A stretch of DNA of 15,604 nucleotides from positions 1-15,604 of the forward strand of contig JBHIBG010000063.1 in NCBI GenBank assembly GCA_046758965.1. The letters run 5' to 3'. A program made the position numbers and the translations under genes. The notes under the pieces are model-generated. The model did not search any database and had not been told where the DNA came from. It was given only the letters and a program-made list of their open reading frames with translations. Position 1 is the first letter of the stretch. Every line of letters starts with the position of its first letter. Below, piece after piece: positions 8,028 through 15,023 of the stretch. This stretch comes from Candidatus Methylomirabilia bacterium (GTDB lineage Bacteria > Methylomirabilota > Methylomirabilia > Rokubacteriales > CSP1-6).

Positions 8028-8966
8028 TCACCGTGAGGAGGCGCGTCGGCGCCGGACGGCTCGGCGCGGTGCTGTAGTGACTTCACCGACGGCACTCCTG
8101 AGCGTCCCGAGGAAGACGCGCGCCTCGCTGCTCAGCGGTCGGAGGCGCGGGTGGATCAAGTCGAGGCTCCGGCTCAAAGGCTCGGCATCGACAATCTCGA
8201 CCGCGACGAGACTCCCGCGGCGAATTTCCCGAGACACGGCCAGGTGGGGCAGGAAGGCCAACCCCAACCCGCGCTCGACCATCCTCTTTGCCGTCTCAAT
8301 CGTCTCGACCTCGAGCACGACGTTCGGCACCAGCCCAGCCCGACGGAACAGGCCGTGGCTGAGCGTCCAGTCGCTCGAGCCCCGGTCGAAGACGACCAGC
8401 GGCCGGTCCGCCACCTCCTCAAGGCGAGCCCGACGTGAGCGTGGCGGCCAGTGTGCCGGATCCCCGACGAGGATGAGGGGATCATCCCGCAGGCTCACCG
8501 TCTCGACCGCCGGATGGTGGAGAGACCGGGCCAAGCCGATCTCCGCTTCCCCGCGGAGCACGATCTCCAACACTTCCTTGGAGTGCCCCGACCGGACGGT
8601 GATCATCACGCTCGGATGCGCGCGCTGGAAGCGCTTCAGGACATCCGGCAGGAGATACGCGCAGATCGACAGCGCCGCGGCGATCTGGAGGGCTCCACCG
8701 CTCTCGGGCCGGACCCCATGAACCGCTTGGCGGGCTACCGCCACGGCGTGCATGATCTGCTCCGCGTGAGGGCGCACGGCCCGTCCGGCAGCAGAGAGCA
8801 CCAGCCCCCCCCGGCCCCGCGTGAAGAGCTCCACGCCAAGCGACCGCTCGAGCGCCTTGATCCGCGCGCTCACGGCTGGCTGGGTCACCCTGAGCGCCTC
8901 GGCGGCCCGCCGGAAGCCCCCAAAGGTGCTGACCGCAAGAAAGGTTCTGACCTGATCGATCTCCAT
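8028..8966 (-). CDS. LysR-family transcriptional regulator, 312 aa
   Basis: N-terminal HTH signature FRRAAEALRVTQPAVSARIKALERSLGVELFTR. Substrate-binding domain with ETAKRMVERGLGLAFLP. Divergent from isocitrate lyase. Confidence 0.95.
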   Translation of the reverse strand: MEIDQVRTFLAVSTFGGFRRAAEALRVTQPAVSARIKALERSLGVELFTRGRGGLVLSAAGRAVRPHAEQIMHAVAVARQAVHGVRPESGGALQIAAALSICAYLLPDVLKRFQRAHPSVMITVRSGHSKEVLEIVLRGEAEIGLARSLHHPAVETVSLRDDPLILVGDPAHWPPRSRRARLEEVADRPLVVFDRGSSDWTLSHGLFRRAGLVPNVVLEVETIETAKRMVERGLGLAFLPHLAVSREIRRGSLVAVEIVDAEPLSRSLDLIHPRLRPLSSEARVFLGTLRSAVGEVTTAPRRAVRRRRASSR

Positions 8967-9028
8967 CGAGCTACTGCGCTCCCTCGAGCTTGCGCGAGAC
9001 CCGGACCCGCCAACGGCTCAGACGTATG

Positions 9029-9093
9029 ATAAGCATTTTTTATTGAGATATAAAGATTATAAGTTTGACTTTGCACCCTATCGGCCGGAAACT
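9029..9093 (+). promoter_or_regulatory. LysR box plus promoter of the isocitrate lyase gene
   Basis: AT-rich island in GC-rich DNA. ATAA-N7-TTAT dyad (T-N11-A) at 9029-9043, a second ATAA/TTAT patch at 9050-9060, then TTGACT (9065-9070), 17 nt, GAAACT (9088-9093). Confidence 0.7.
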
Positions 9094-9153
9094 GGGGACC
9101 CGGTCAGAGGTCGCTCCGGCCGGCACCATTCGACCAAAGGAGGCCGTGACTTC

Positions 9154-10182
9154 ATGGAGAGCAAGGGGAAGGGTTTCCGCCGGCTCCTCCAGCAGGAGCC
9201 GTACGTGTTCACGGGCGGGATCTACTCGCCGCTCGATGCCCAGATCGCCGAGGGCGTGGGAATGAAGGCCATCTACATGAGCGGCTACTCGGTCGCCATG
9301 CTCAACGGCTGGCCCGACATGGGCTTCCTGACCATGACCGAGATGACGAAGACCGCTTCCATGATCGCCAGCGCGGTGCGGATCCCGATCATCGCAGACG
9401 CGGACGACGGCTACGGGAGCGCGCTCAACACGATCCGGACCGTGGCGGAGTACGTCAAGACCGGGGTGGCGGGCATTCACCTCGAAGACCAGCGGTATCC
9501 GAAGCGCTGCGGACACATCGCGGGAAAGACCATCCTTTCGCGCGAGGAAGCCCTCGGCAAATTCCGGGCCGCCGTCGAGGAGCGAAACCGCCTCGATCCC
9601 GACTTCGTGCTGATCGCGCGCACCGACGCCTACGGGGCGGTCGGCGGCAGCCTGGAGGAAGCCATCTGGCGCGGCCGGGCGTACGCTGACGCGGGCGTGG
9701 ACCTCGTCTGGTGCGAGCTCTCGAGCTCCGACCGCAAGCCGGCCGAGGAGTTCGCCGAGGCCATGCGGGCGAGCCATCCCCGGCTCCCGCTCGCCTTCAA
9801 CTATTCCTCCTCATTCAAATGGAGCGCGGACCCGAATCCGCTGACGTTCCGAGAGCTAGGGGAACTCGGGTACAAGTTCATCTTCATCACGCTCTTCGGC
9901 GCCCATGCGGCCATGCACGCAGTCTGGAACGCGATGGAAGACCTGGTCGAAACCCAGGAGCATGCGCAGTGGGCCCTGGAAAAGATGAAGGCCGGCCACC
10001 CCACCGAGAGCCACCACGTCATCGCCCGGGTTCCGTACTTCCAGGAGCTCGAGCGCCGGTTCGTCCCCGACGCGGCAGGCCGCCATCAGGCCTCCCACGG
10101 CTTCAGCGACCATAGGCCGCCCAGACCGGAAGCGCAGGACGCCTCGGCGCTCAGAGCCGCCCCGCGCAGTGGGGGGCCTTAG
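9154..10182 (+). CDS. aceA: Isocitrate lyase, short haloarchaeal-type (ICL/PEP mutase superfamily), 342 aa
   Basis: YMSGY, IADADDGYG, HLEDQ, catalytic KRCGH, ARTDA and ICL-like LAFNYSSSFKW, plus FITLFGAH and HPTESHH. ATG 9154 follows AAAGGAGG. The ORF-track start at 9043 lies in the promoter. Confidence 0.8.
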   Translation: MESKGKGFRRLLQQEPYVFTGGIYSPLDAQIAEGVGMKAIYMSGYSVAMLNGWPDMGFLTMTEMTKTASMIASAVRIPIIADADDGYGSALNTIRTVAEYVKTGVAGIHLEDQRYPKRCGHIAGKTILSREEALGKFRAAVEERNRLDPDFVLIARTDAYGAVGGSLEEAIWRGRAYADAGVDLVWCELSSSDRKPAEEFAEAMRASHPRLPLAFNYSSSFKWSADPNPLTFRELGELGYKFIFITLFGAHAAMHAVWNAMEDLVETQEHAQWALEKMKAGHPTESHHVIARVPYFQELERRFVPDAAGRHQASHGFSDHRPPRPEAQDASALRAAPRSGGP

Positions 10183-10210
10183 CCAGGACGAGCGCATCAA
10201 GGCAGGCTGT

Positions 10211-10337
10211 CTCGAGCGCGGGCTTTGCCCGCGCAACCTGAATGGGGGGAGGTACGCTCGCCTTCGGCTCGCGCTCTCCGCAACCTCGCAGGCGAGGTTG
10301 CTTCGCGTGCGGCAGGGGGGCTTCGCCCCCCTCCGAG
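10211..10337. repeat. Cluster of GC-rich hairpins (REP-like element and possible bidirectional terminator) between convergent genes
   Basis: GCGCGGGC-TTT-GCCCGCGC (10216-10234), GCAACCTCG-CAGG-CGAGGTTGC (10280-10301) and GGGGGG-CTTCG-CCCCCC (10315-10331). GCAACCT is repeated at 10233 and 10280. Confidence 0.7.
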
Positions 10338-10342
10338 CCGAT

Positions 10343-10663
10343 TTACATGCCGAAGAAGCTGGATAGCTTCATGGCGAGCCCCATGTCTCCCTTGATCTTG
10401 AGCTTCCCGGACATGAACGCCATCTGACCTGAAAGCTTCCCGGCCAACATGTCGAGCCAGTCCTGCCCGGCCATGGTGAGCGTCATGTTTGGGCTCGACC
10501 CCGTCCCCTCGGTGACGGTGCAGCTCCCGTCTTTGATGGTGGCGCACCAGTTTCCTCCGCCTTCTCCGGTGATCTCGTACTGGATGATGGCATTGACCCC
10601 CTTTGCGCTGTCCGGTCTGAAGCGAGTTGCCATCTGATCAAAGGTCTCTTTCACCGTTGGCAT
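10343..10663 (-). CDS. Stand-alone SCP2 (sterol/lipid carrier) domain protein, 106 aa
   Basis: IQYEITGEGGGNW and C-terminal GKLSGQMAFMSGKLKIKGDMGLAMKL, typical of SCP2. RBS AAAGGAGG. Confidence 0.92.
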   Translation of the reverse strand: MPTVKETFDQMATRFRPDSAKGVNAIIQYEITGEGGGNWCATIKDGSCTVTEGTGSSPNMTLTMAGQDWLDMLAGKLSGQMAFMSGKLKIKGDMGLAMKLSSFFGM

Positions 10664-10703
10664 CTCCGTTCCCTCCTTTCCTGTCCGCTCGCCTGAGAGG
10701 GCT

Positions 10704-11453
10704 TCAGAACGTGAAGAGGTCCATCCCCCCGGTCACCGTCAGCACCGCCCCTGTAATGTAGCGAGCGCGCTCCGAGCAGAGAAAGGCGATGGCCTGCGCG
10801 ACATCCTCCGGCTCCCCCTCCCGCTGCATGGCCACGCGCTTGACCATCCGGTCGTACATCGGCGACAGCTTCACCATCGGCCCAATGATCCCCGGCGCGA
10901 TGACATTGGCGGTGACATTGTAGCGGGCGCCCTCGAGGGCGACGGAGCGGGCGAAGCCGATCACGCCCATCTTCGTGGTGGAGTACGCGGTCTGGCCGAA
11001 GCCGCCCATGAGCCCCGCCACGGACGCCATGCAGATGACCCGGCCCCACTTCCGCTCCCGCATGCGCGGGAACACCTGCCGGGTCACGTTGTAGGTGCCC
11101 GTGAGGTTCACGTTCATGTTCAGATCCCACTCTTCGTCCTTCATGTCCTTGAGCTGGGCCAGGGTGAAGACGATGGCGGCATTGTTGACGAGGATATCCA
11201 CGGGCCCGAGGTCTCTTTCCACCTCAGCGACCATAGCGGCAACCTGCGCCCGGTCGACGATGTCGCAGACGTAGCTTCTTGCTGTTCCGCCTGCGGCCAC
11301 AATCTCCTTGGCTGTCTCCTGGGCCCCCTCGCCGTTCAGATCGACGGCGGCCACCCTACACCCCTCGGTAGCCAGCACCAGCGAGTCGGCCTTACCGAGG
11401 TTTCTGGCGCCTCCCGTGACCAGTGCCACCTTGCCCCGAATCCCGAGGTCCAC
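10704..11453 (-). CDS. Classical SDR oxidoreductase (3-hydroxyacyl-CoA dehydrogenase / 3-oxoacyl reductase-like), 249 aa, GTG start
   Basis: TGGARNLG Rossmann motif, VDILVNNA, catalytic Ser (MASVAG), YSTTK and NVIAPG. Asp after beta2 (VAAVDLN) suggests NAD(H). Confidence 0.92.
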   Translation of the reverse strand: MDLGIRGKVALVTGGARNLGKADSLVLATEGCRVAAVDLNGEGAQETAKEIVAAGGTARSYVCDIVDRAQVAAMVAEVERDLGPVDILVNNAAIVFTLAQLKDMKDEEWDLNMNVNLTGTYNVTRQVFPRMRERKWGRVICMASVAGLMGGFGQTAYSTTKMGVIGFARSVALEGARYNVTANVIAPGIIGPMVKLSPMYDRMVKRVAMQREGEPEDVAQAIAFLCSERARYITGAVLTVTGGMDLFTF

Positions 11454-11456
11454 GGT

Positions 11457-12230
11457 TTATCTCCCCTTGAACGTCGCTTCGCGCTTCTGGAAGAAGGCCT
11501 GAATCCCCTCCGCAGCATCCTCGGTTCGCAGCGTTGCCAGAAACGCCCGGGTTTCTGCCTCGAGGCCCTGATCGATGGCGGCGTTCAGGCCATCGTCCAC
11601 CGCCTGGATAATGAGACGAGTGGCGAGGGGCGCACGCTTGGCGATCAGACGGGCCATGGCTTTGGCATCATCGAGAGTTTCCCCTTCTCGAGAGAGCCGG
11701 TTCACGAGCCCGAGCTGATGCGCTTCGGCGGCCGGCATCTGGGTCCCCAGGATCAGAAACTCCAGAGCCTTCGTACGGCCGATGAGCCTGGGGAGGCGCT
11801 GAGTGCCGCCGTAGCCGGGAAGGATCCCCAGGTTGGACTCGGTCTGGCCGATCCGAGCCGTCTCCTTCATGACCCTGAGGTGGCAGGCCATGGCGATCTC
11901 ACAGCCGCCCCCCATGGCATGGCCGTTGATGGCCGCGATGACCGGCTTCGGGAAGCGCTCAATGCGGCGGAGGACCGTGTTGCCGAATTTGATGAACCGC
12001 TCCACCTCGCCACCCGAAAAGGCCGAGCCGAGATCCGCCCCGGCGCAGAAGATCTTCTCCCCCGCCCCCGTGATGATGACTGAAAGCACAGCCGGATCTT
12101 GCTCCAGCTCATCCAGGGCGGTGTTGAGGTCCTTGACCAGCTGCTCGCTGATGGCGTTGGCCGGGGGCCGGTTCAGGGTGACGACAGCGTGCGATTCCTC
12201 ATGGGTGATCTGGAGCGTCTCGTAGCTCAT
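11457..12230 (-). CDS. Enoyl-CoA hydratase (crotonase family), 257 aa
   Basis: LNRPPANA, FCAGADL, KPVIAAINGHAMGGGCE and QTESNLGILPGYGGTQRL; both catalytic Glu residues are present. Confidence 0.95.
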   Translation of the reverse strand: MSYETLQITHEESHAVVTLNRPPANAISEQLVKDLNTALDELEQDPAVLSVIITGAGEKIFCAGADLGSAFSGGEVERFIKFGNTVLRRIERFPKPVIAAINGHAMGGGCEIAMACHLRVMKETARIGQTESNLGILPGYGGTQRLPRLIGRTKALEFLILGTQMPAAEAHQLGLVNRLSREGETLDDAKAMARLIAKRAPLATRLIIQAVDDGLNAAIDQGLEAETRAFLATLRTEDAAEGIQAFFQKREATFKGR

Positions 12231-12252
12231 AGGGCCTCCAATGGATTGGGGA

Positions 12253-12915
12253 TCAGCTGGCCTCTGCGGGGAGCACCTGGGAGGCAGCCCCAGGCGGAGT
12301 TTCCTTCGAGCGACCCCTTGACGCCCCCGCGTCCTCTGATGCTGCGATACCAGTGAGAAAGAGGTCAGCCACAGCAGGGGCGGTCTCCCTCAGCTTGTAG
12401 CCGCGCTTGCCCAGCACCCAGCTCGTGGCCATCTGGTCGATCGCGCCGAAGAGGACCTTGGTGGCCACTTTGATCGGAAGGTCTTTCCGGAAGAGGCCGG
12501 CCTCCACCCCCTCCTCGAGGACCGAGCCGATCAGGGCAAAGTAGGACCCTACCTCCGTCGCGGAGGCCCCCCTGAAGAACTTGTGCCCCTGGCGCAGCTC
12601 GACCTGGACGACCTCGGCCAACTCCGGGTCGGCCTCGAGGATGTGAAGGTGCAGCGTCACGAGGCGGCGGACCTTTGCCCGCGCGTCGGGCTCGGTCGAG
12701 ATCGCCTTCCGAAGGAGGGCAACGAAGGCCGCCATCTTTTCCCGGAAGAGCCGGACGAGGATGTCGTCCTTCGTCCTGAAGTAGAGGTAGATGGTGCCAC
12801 TGGCGATCCCGGCTTCCCTCGCGATGTCGGAGACTCGGGAATTATAGTACCCGCTCCGTGCGAAGACCCGCACGGCCGCATCGATAATCTGTTGGGGCTT
12901 CGAGGAATCGCGCAT
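12253..12915 (-). CDS. TetR/AcrR-family regulator, FadR(YsiA)-like fatty-acid degradation repressor, about 220 aa
   Basis: HTH IIDAAVRVFARSGYYNSRVSDIAREAGIASGTIYLYFRTKDDIL and C-domain VVQVELRQ as in YsiA-type regulators. First gene of the ECH-SDR-SCP2 run. ATG 12915 is chosen because the ORF-track start at 12972 coincides with the -35 box. Confidence 0.88.
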   Translation of the reverse strand: MRDSSKPQQIIDAAVRVFARSGYYNSRVSDIAREAGIASGTIYLYFRTKDDILVRLFREKMAAFVALLRKAISTEPDARAKVRRLVTLHLHILEADPELAEVVQVELRQGHKFFRGASATEVGSYFALIGSVLEEGVEAGLFRKDLPIKVATKVLFGAIDQMATSWVLGKRGYKLRETAPAVADLFLTGIAASEDAGASRGRSKETPPGAASQVLPAEAS

Positions 12916-12927
12916 ACAAGCGGTCTT

Positions 12928-12972
12928 GACTGAACCGCGATTCATTCTATGTGCCAGGCCTAACCCTGTCAA
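12928..12972 (-). promoter_or_regulatory. Near-consensus sigma70 promoter overlapped by a palindromic TetR operator
   Basis: Minus strand: TTGACA (12972-12967), 17 nt, TAGAAT (12949-12944). Palindrome GACTGAACCGCGATTCATTC (12928-12947, 16/20 symmetric) covers the -10 and the predicted start site. Confidence 0.85.
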
Positions 12973-13085
12973 CCTAAACTCTCGCGGTCCTTTCAGATGG
13001 ACGACCCGAGCAAACCGCCTGTCACCGCCACCTCACACGTGCCGACACGCCGTACCGTCGGCAGCTTCTCCCTTCGCGGCCTCTC

Positions 13086-13115
13086 TTGACGGCCGCGCGC
13101 CCGGCTCCGTACTAT
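13086..13115 (+). promoter_or_regulatory. Sigma70 promoter for the LLM gene, probably giving a leaderless mRNA
   Basis: TTGACG (13086-13091), 18 nt, TACTAT (13110-13115), then only 7 nt to ATG 13123, with no Shine-Dalgarno. Confidence 0.65.
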
Positions 13116-13122
13116 GCCGGGC

Positions 13123-13775
13123 ATGGAGAAGATCAACTACCGGATCGGGATCATGCCGGGGCCGTGGCCGGCCGGATCAGACGGCGCGGGCTTTCTCTGG
13201 AAGCTCGCCGAACTTTGCGAGCACTCCTCGATCGACTCACTCTGGCTCTCGGACCGGCTTTCCAGCCCGCTCCCGGTGCCCGAGCCCATGACCACCCTCG
13301 CTGCCGTCGCCGCCCGCACCTCCCGCCTCAAGTTCGGCCCCAGCGTCCTGGCGCTCCCCTATCGCACGCCCGTGATAGCCGCCAAGGAGCTGGCGACCAT
13401 AGACTACCTCTCTGGTGGCCGCATCTTCCCTGCCGTGGGAGTGGGCCTGGAGCTTCCGAGCGAGTTCGAGGCCTCCGGTGTGCCGTTCAAGGAACGCGGC
13501 CGTCGGACCGACGAGGCGATCGAGGTCATCCGTCGCCTCTGGCTCGAGGACGAAGTCACCTTTCAGGGAGCGTTCTACCGACTGGACCGCGTGAGCATCT
13601 TCCCCAAGCCGGCCCAGGCCCGGCTTCCCATCTGGATCGGCGGCAAGAGCGAAGCGGCCCGGCGACGCGCCGAGGCTCCAAGTTCATCCTTCGCTCTCTC
13701 TGCGCGCCCGAGCTGATGCTGGAGCAGCTCGCTCGCCTCGCCGAGGAGGTCATCCCGAGCTTCCACCAGCGCTAG
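13123..13775 (+). pseudogene. LLM-class (luciferase-like) flavin-dependent oxidoreductase with an internal deletion and frameshift
   Basis: The frame from 13123 gives DSLWLSDRL, EPMTTLAAVAARTSRLKFG, AKELATIDYLSGGR and PIWIGGKSEAARRRA, then loses similarity. An LLM-like C-terminus (GSKFILRSLCAPELMLEQLARLAEEVIPSFHQR*) is in another frame at 13674-13775. The two parts total about 216 aa versus about 300 or more for intact members. Confidence 0.8.
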
Positions 13776-13799
13776 GCCCTGTCGGTGGAGGCCCGGCCA

Positions 13800-15023
13800 C
13801 TAATCCTCACGGATGCGGACGGGCGCCGGGGGCTTTGGCATGGAGCTGGCCGCGGGCCCCCCGAGGATCTCTTTCCGCGCCAGCGTTCCGTTTTCGAAGA
13901 CGTAGCGGACATCCACAACCCCGTCGCAATCCAGATCCTCCTCCTGGCGCACCTTCTGTTCGTCCTCGTACGAGATCCAGACGTCCGGTTTGTCCCGACA
14001 GGTCGTCTGCGCCTCCTGACGGACGAGGACACCCTTCTCGTAGTAGCTGACGAGATCCATCCGCCCTGACCGCTTGGTGTCCTGTTCCTTCCTGACGATC
14101 GTTCCCCCTTCGTAGTAGGTCACGAGGTCGAAGCGCCCGTCTCCGGTCGTACTCTCCTCGGTCTTCACCAGCTGGTCGTCTCGGAAGTGGTAGACCACCG
14201 CGGGCCGGCCGGTGAACTCTGGATCCTCCTCCTGCTTCACTCGCTTGCCGTGCTCGAAGTAGACCCAGAGGTCAGGCTTGCCGTCATCGTTCCGGTCCTC
14301 TTGCCGGCGTACCAGTTCCTCGTCCTCGAAGTACGACCAGCGGCTCGGTCGTCCCGCACCCTTGGGGTCCTCCTCGAGCCGCGCCAGCCGCCCCGCCTCG
14401 TAGAAGGCGACGGTGTCAGGGCGGCCGCGGCCGCGGGAGTCCCGCTCCTCCTTCACCTTCTCCCCCTTGTCGTTGAAGGTCACCCAGAGGTCGATCCGGC
14501 CGTCCCGGCGGCCCGATTCCTCAAGCCGTGAGAGCACACCGCCGGCGAAGAAGAGAAAGCGATCCGGCTTGCCATCGTCGTTGAGGTCCTGCTCCGAACG
14601 GGCGAGCTTGCCGGCCTCGTAGGAGGCGATGAGATCCGGGCTGCCGGTTCCCGTCGTGTCCATCGCCTTCTTGGTCAGCTGGCCACCAGCGTCCACATGG
14701 TACCAGACGTCTGGCCGTCCCCGGCCCTTGGTGTCGACCTCCTGGCGCTCCAGCTTGCCTGCTTTGAAGTGGGACCAGACGTGAGGCTTGCCGTCTCCAA
14801 CCGTGTCCTCCTCCTGGCGGACCATCCGGCCACGCTCGTAGTAGACCCAGAGGTTGATCCGCCCATCCCCCGTGGTATCGATCTCCTGCCGGGACACATC
14901 CCCTTGCGCATCGTAGTAGATGATCGCCCGCGGCTTCCGCTCCTCGCCGAGGACGGATGTGGCGAGCACCCCGTGCAGGAGTGAACACAGGAAGATCGCC
15001 GTCCGGAGGATCGGCAGACTCAC
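13800..15023 (-). CDS. Putative exported tandem-repeat protein (14 repeats of about 24 aa with DxxGDGxPD loops), about 407 aa
   Basis: GTG at 15023-15021 overlaps the TonB-like stop (GTGA). Hydrophobic signal-like N-terminus (MSLPILRTAIFLCSLLHGVLATSVLG). Repeat consensus R-x-E-x-D-x-x-G-D-G-[RK]-P-D-x-W-x-[YF]-[YF]-E-x-G-x-L-V. Confidence 0.8.
   Translation of the reverse strand: MSLPILRTAIFLCSLLHGVLATSVLGEERKPRAIIYYDAQGDVSRQEIDTTGDGRINLWVYYERGRMVRQEEDTVGDGKPHVWSHFKAGKLERQEVDTKGRGRPDVWYHVDAGGQLTKKAMDTTGTGSPDLIASYEAGKLARSEQDLNDDGKPDRFLFFAGGVLSRLEESGRRDGRIDLWVTFNDKGEKVKEERDSRGRGRPDTVAFYEAGRLARLEEDPKGAGRPSRWSYFEDEELVRRQEDRNDDGKPDLWVYFEHGKRVKQEEDPEFTGRPAVVYHFRDDQLVKTEESTTGDGRFDLVTYYEGGTIVRKEQDTKRSGRMDLVSYYEKGVLVRQEAQTTCRDKPDVWISYEDEQKVRQEEDLDCDGVVDVRYVFENGTLARKEILGGPAASSMPKPPAPVRIRED

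Noticed and set aside
739..8036. Long plus-strand ORFs (739-1899, 2587-4059, 3974-4942, 4131-4934, 5365-6597, 6735-8036)
   Set aside because: Antisense shadows of well-supported minus-strand genes, common in high-GC DNA, with no recognisable motifs.
9040..9777. 245-aa minus-strand ORF opposite ICL, and the 9043 start extension of ICL
   Set aside because: The ORF is an antisense shadow. The extension runs through the LysR box and promoter, while ATG 9154 has a strong RBS.
13040..13063. 7-bp hairpin TGCCGAC/GTCGGCA between divergent promoters
   Set aside because: Short GC stem with no U-tract or second copy; expected by chance at this GC content.
13660..13680. Programmed -1 frameshift restoring the LLM protein
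   Set aside because: There is no slippery heptamer, and the joined product would still lack a large part of the barrel.
13800..14900. Roughly 72-nt periodicity as a possible CRISPR or DNA tandem array
   Set aside because: Conservation is at the amino-acid level with divergent codons. There are no identical direct repeats with unique spacers, and no cas genes.
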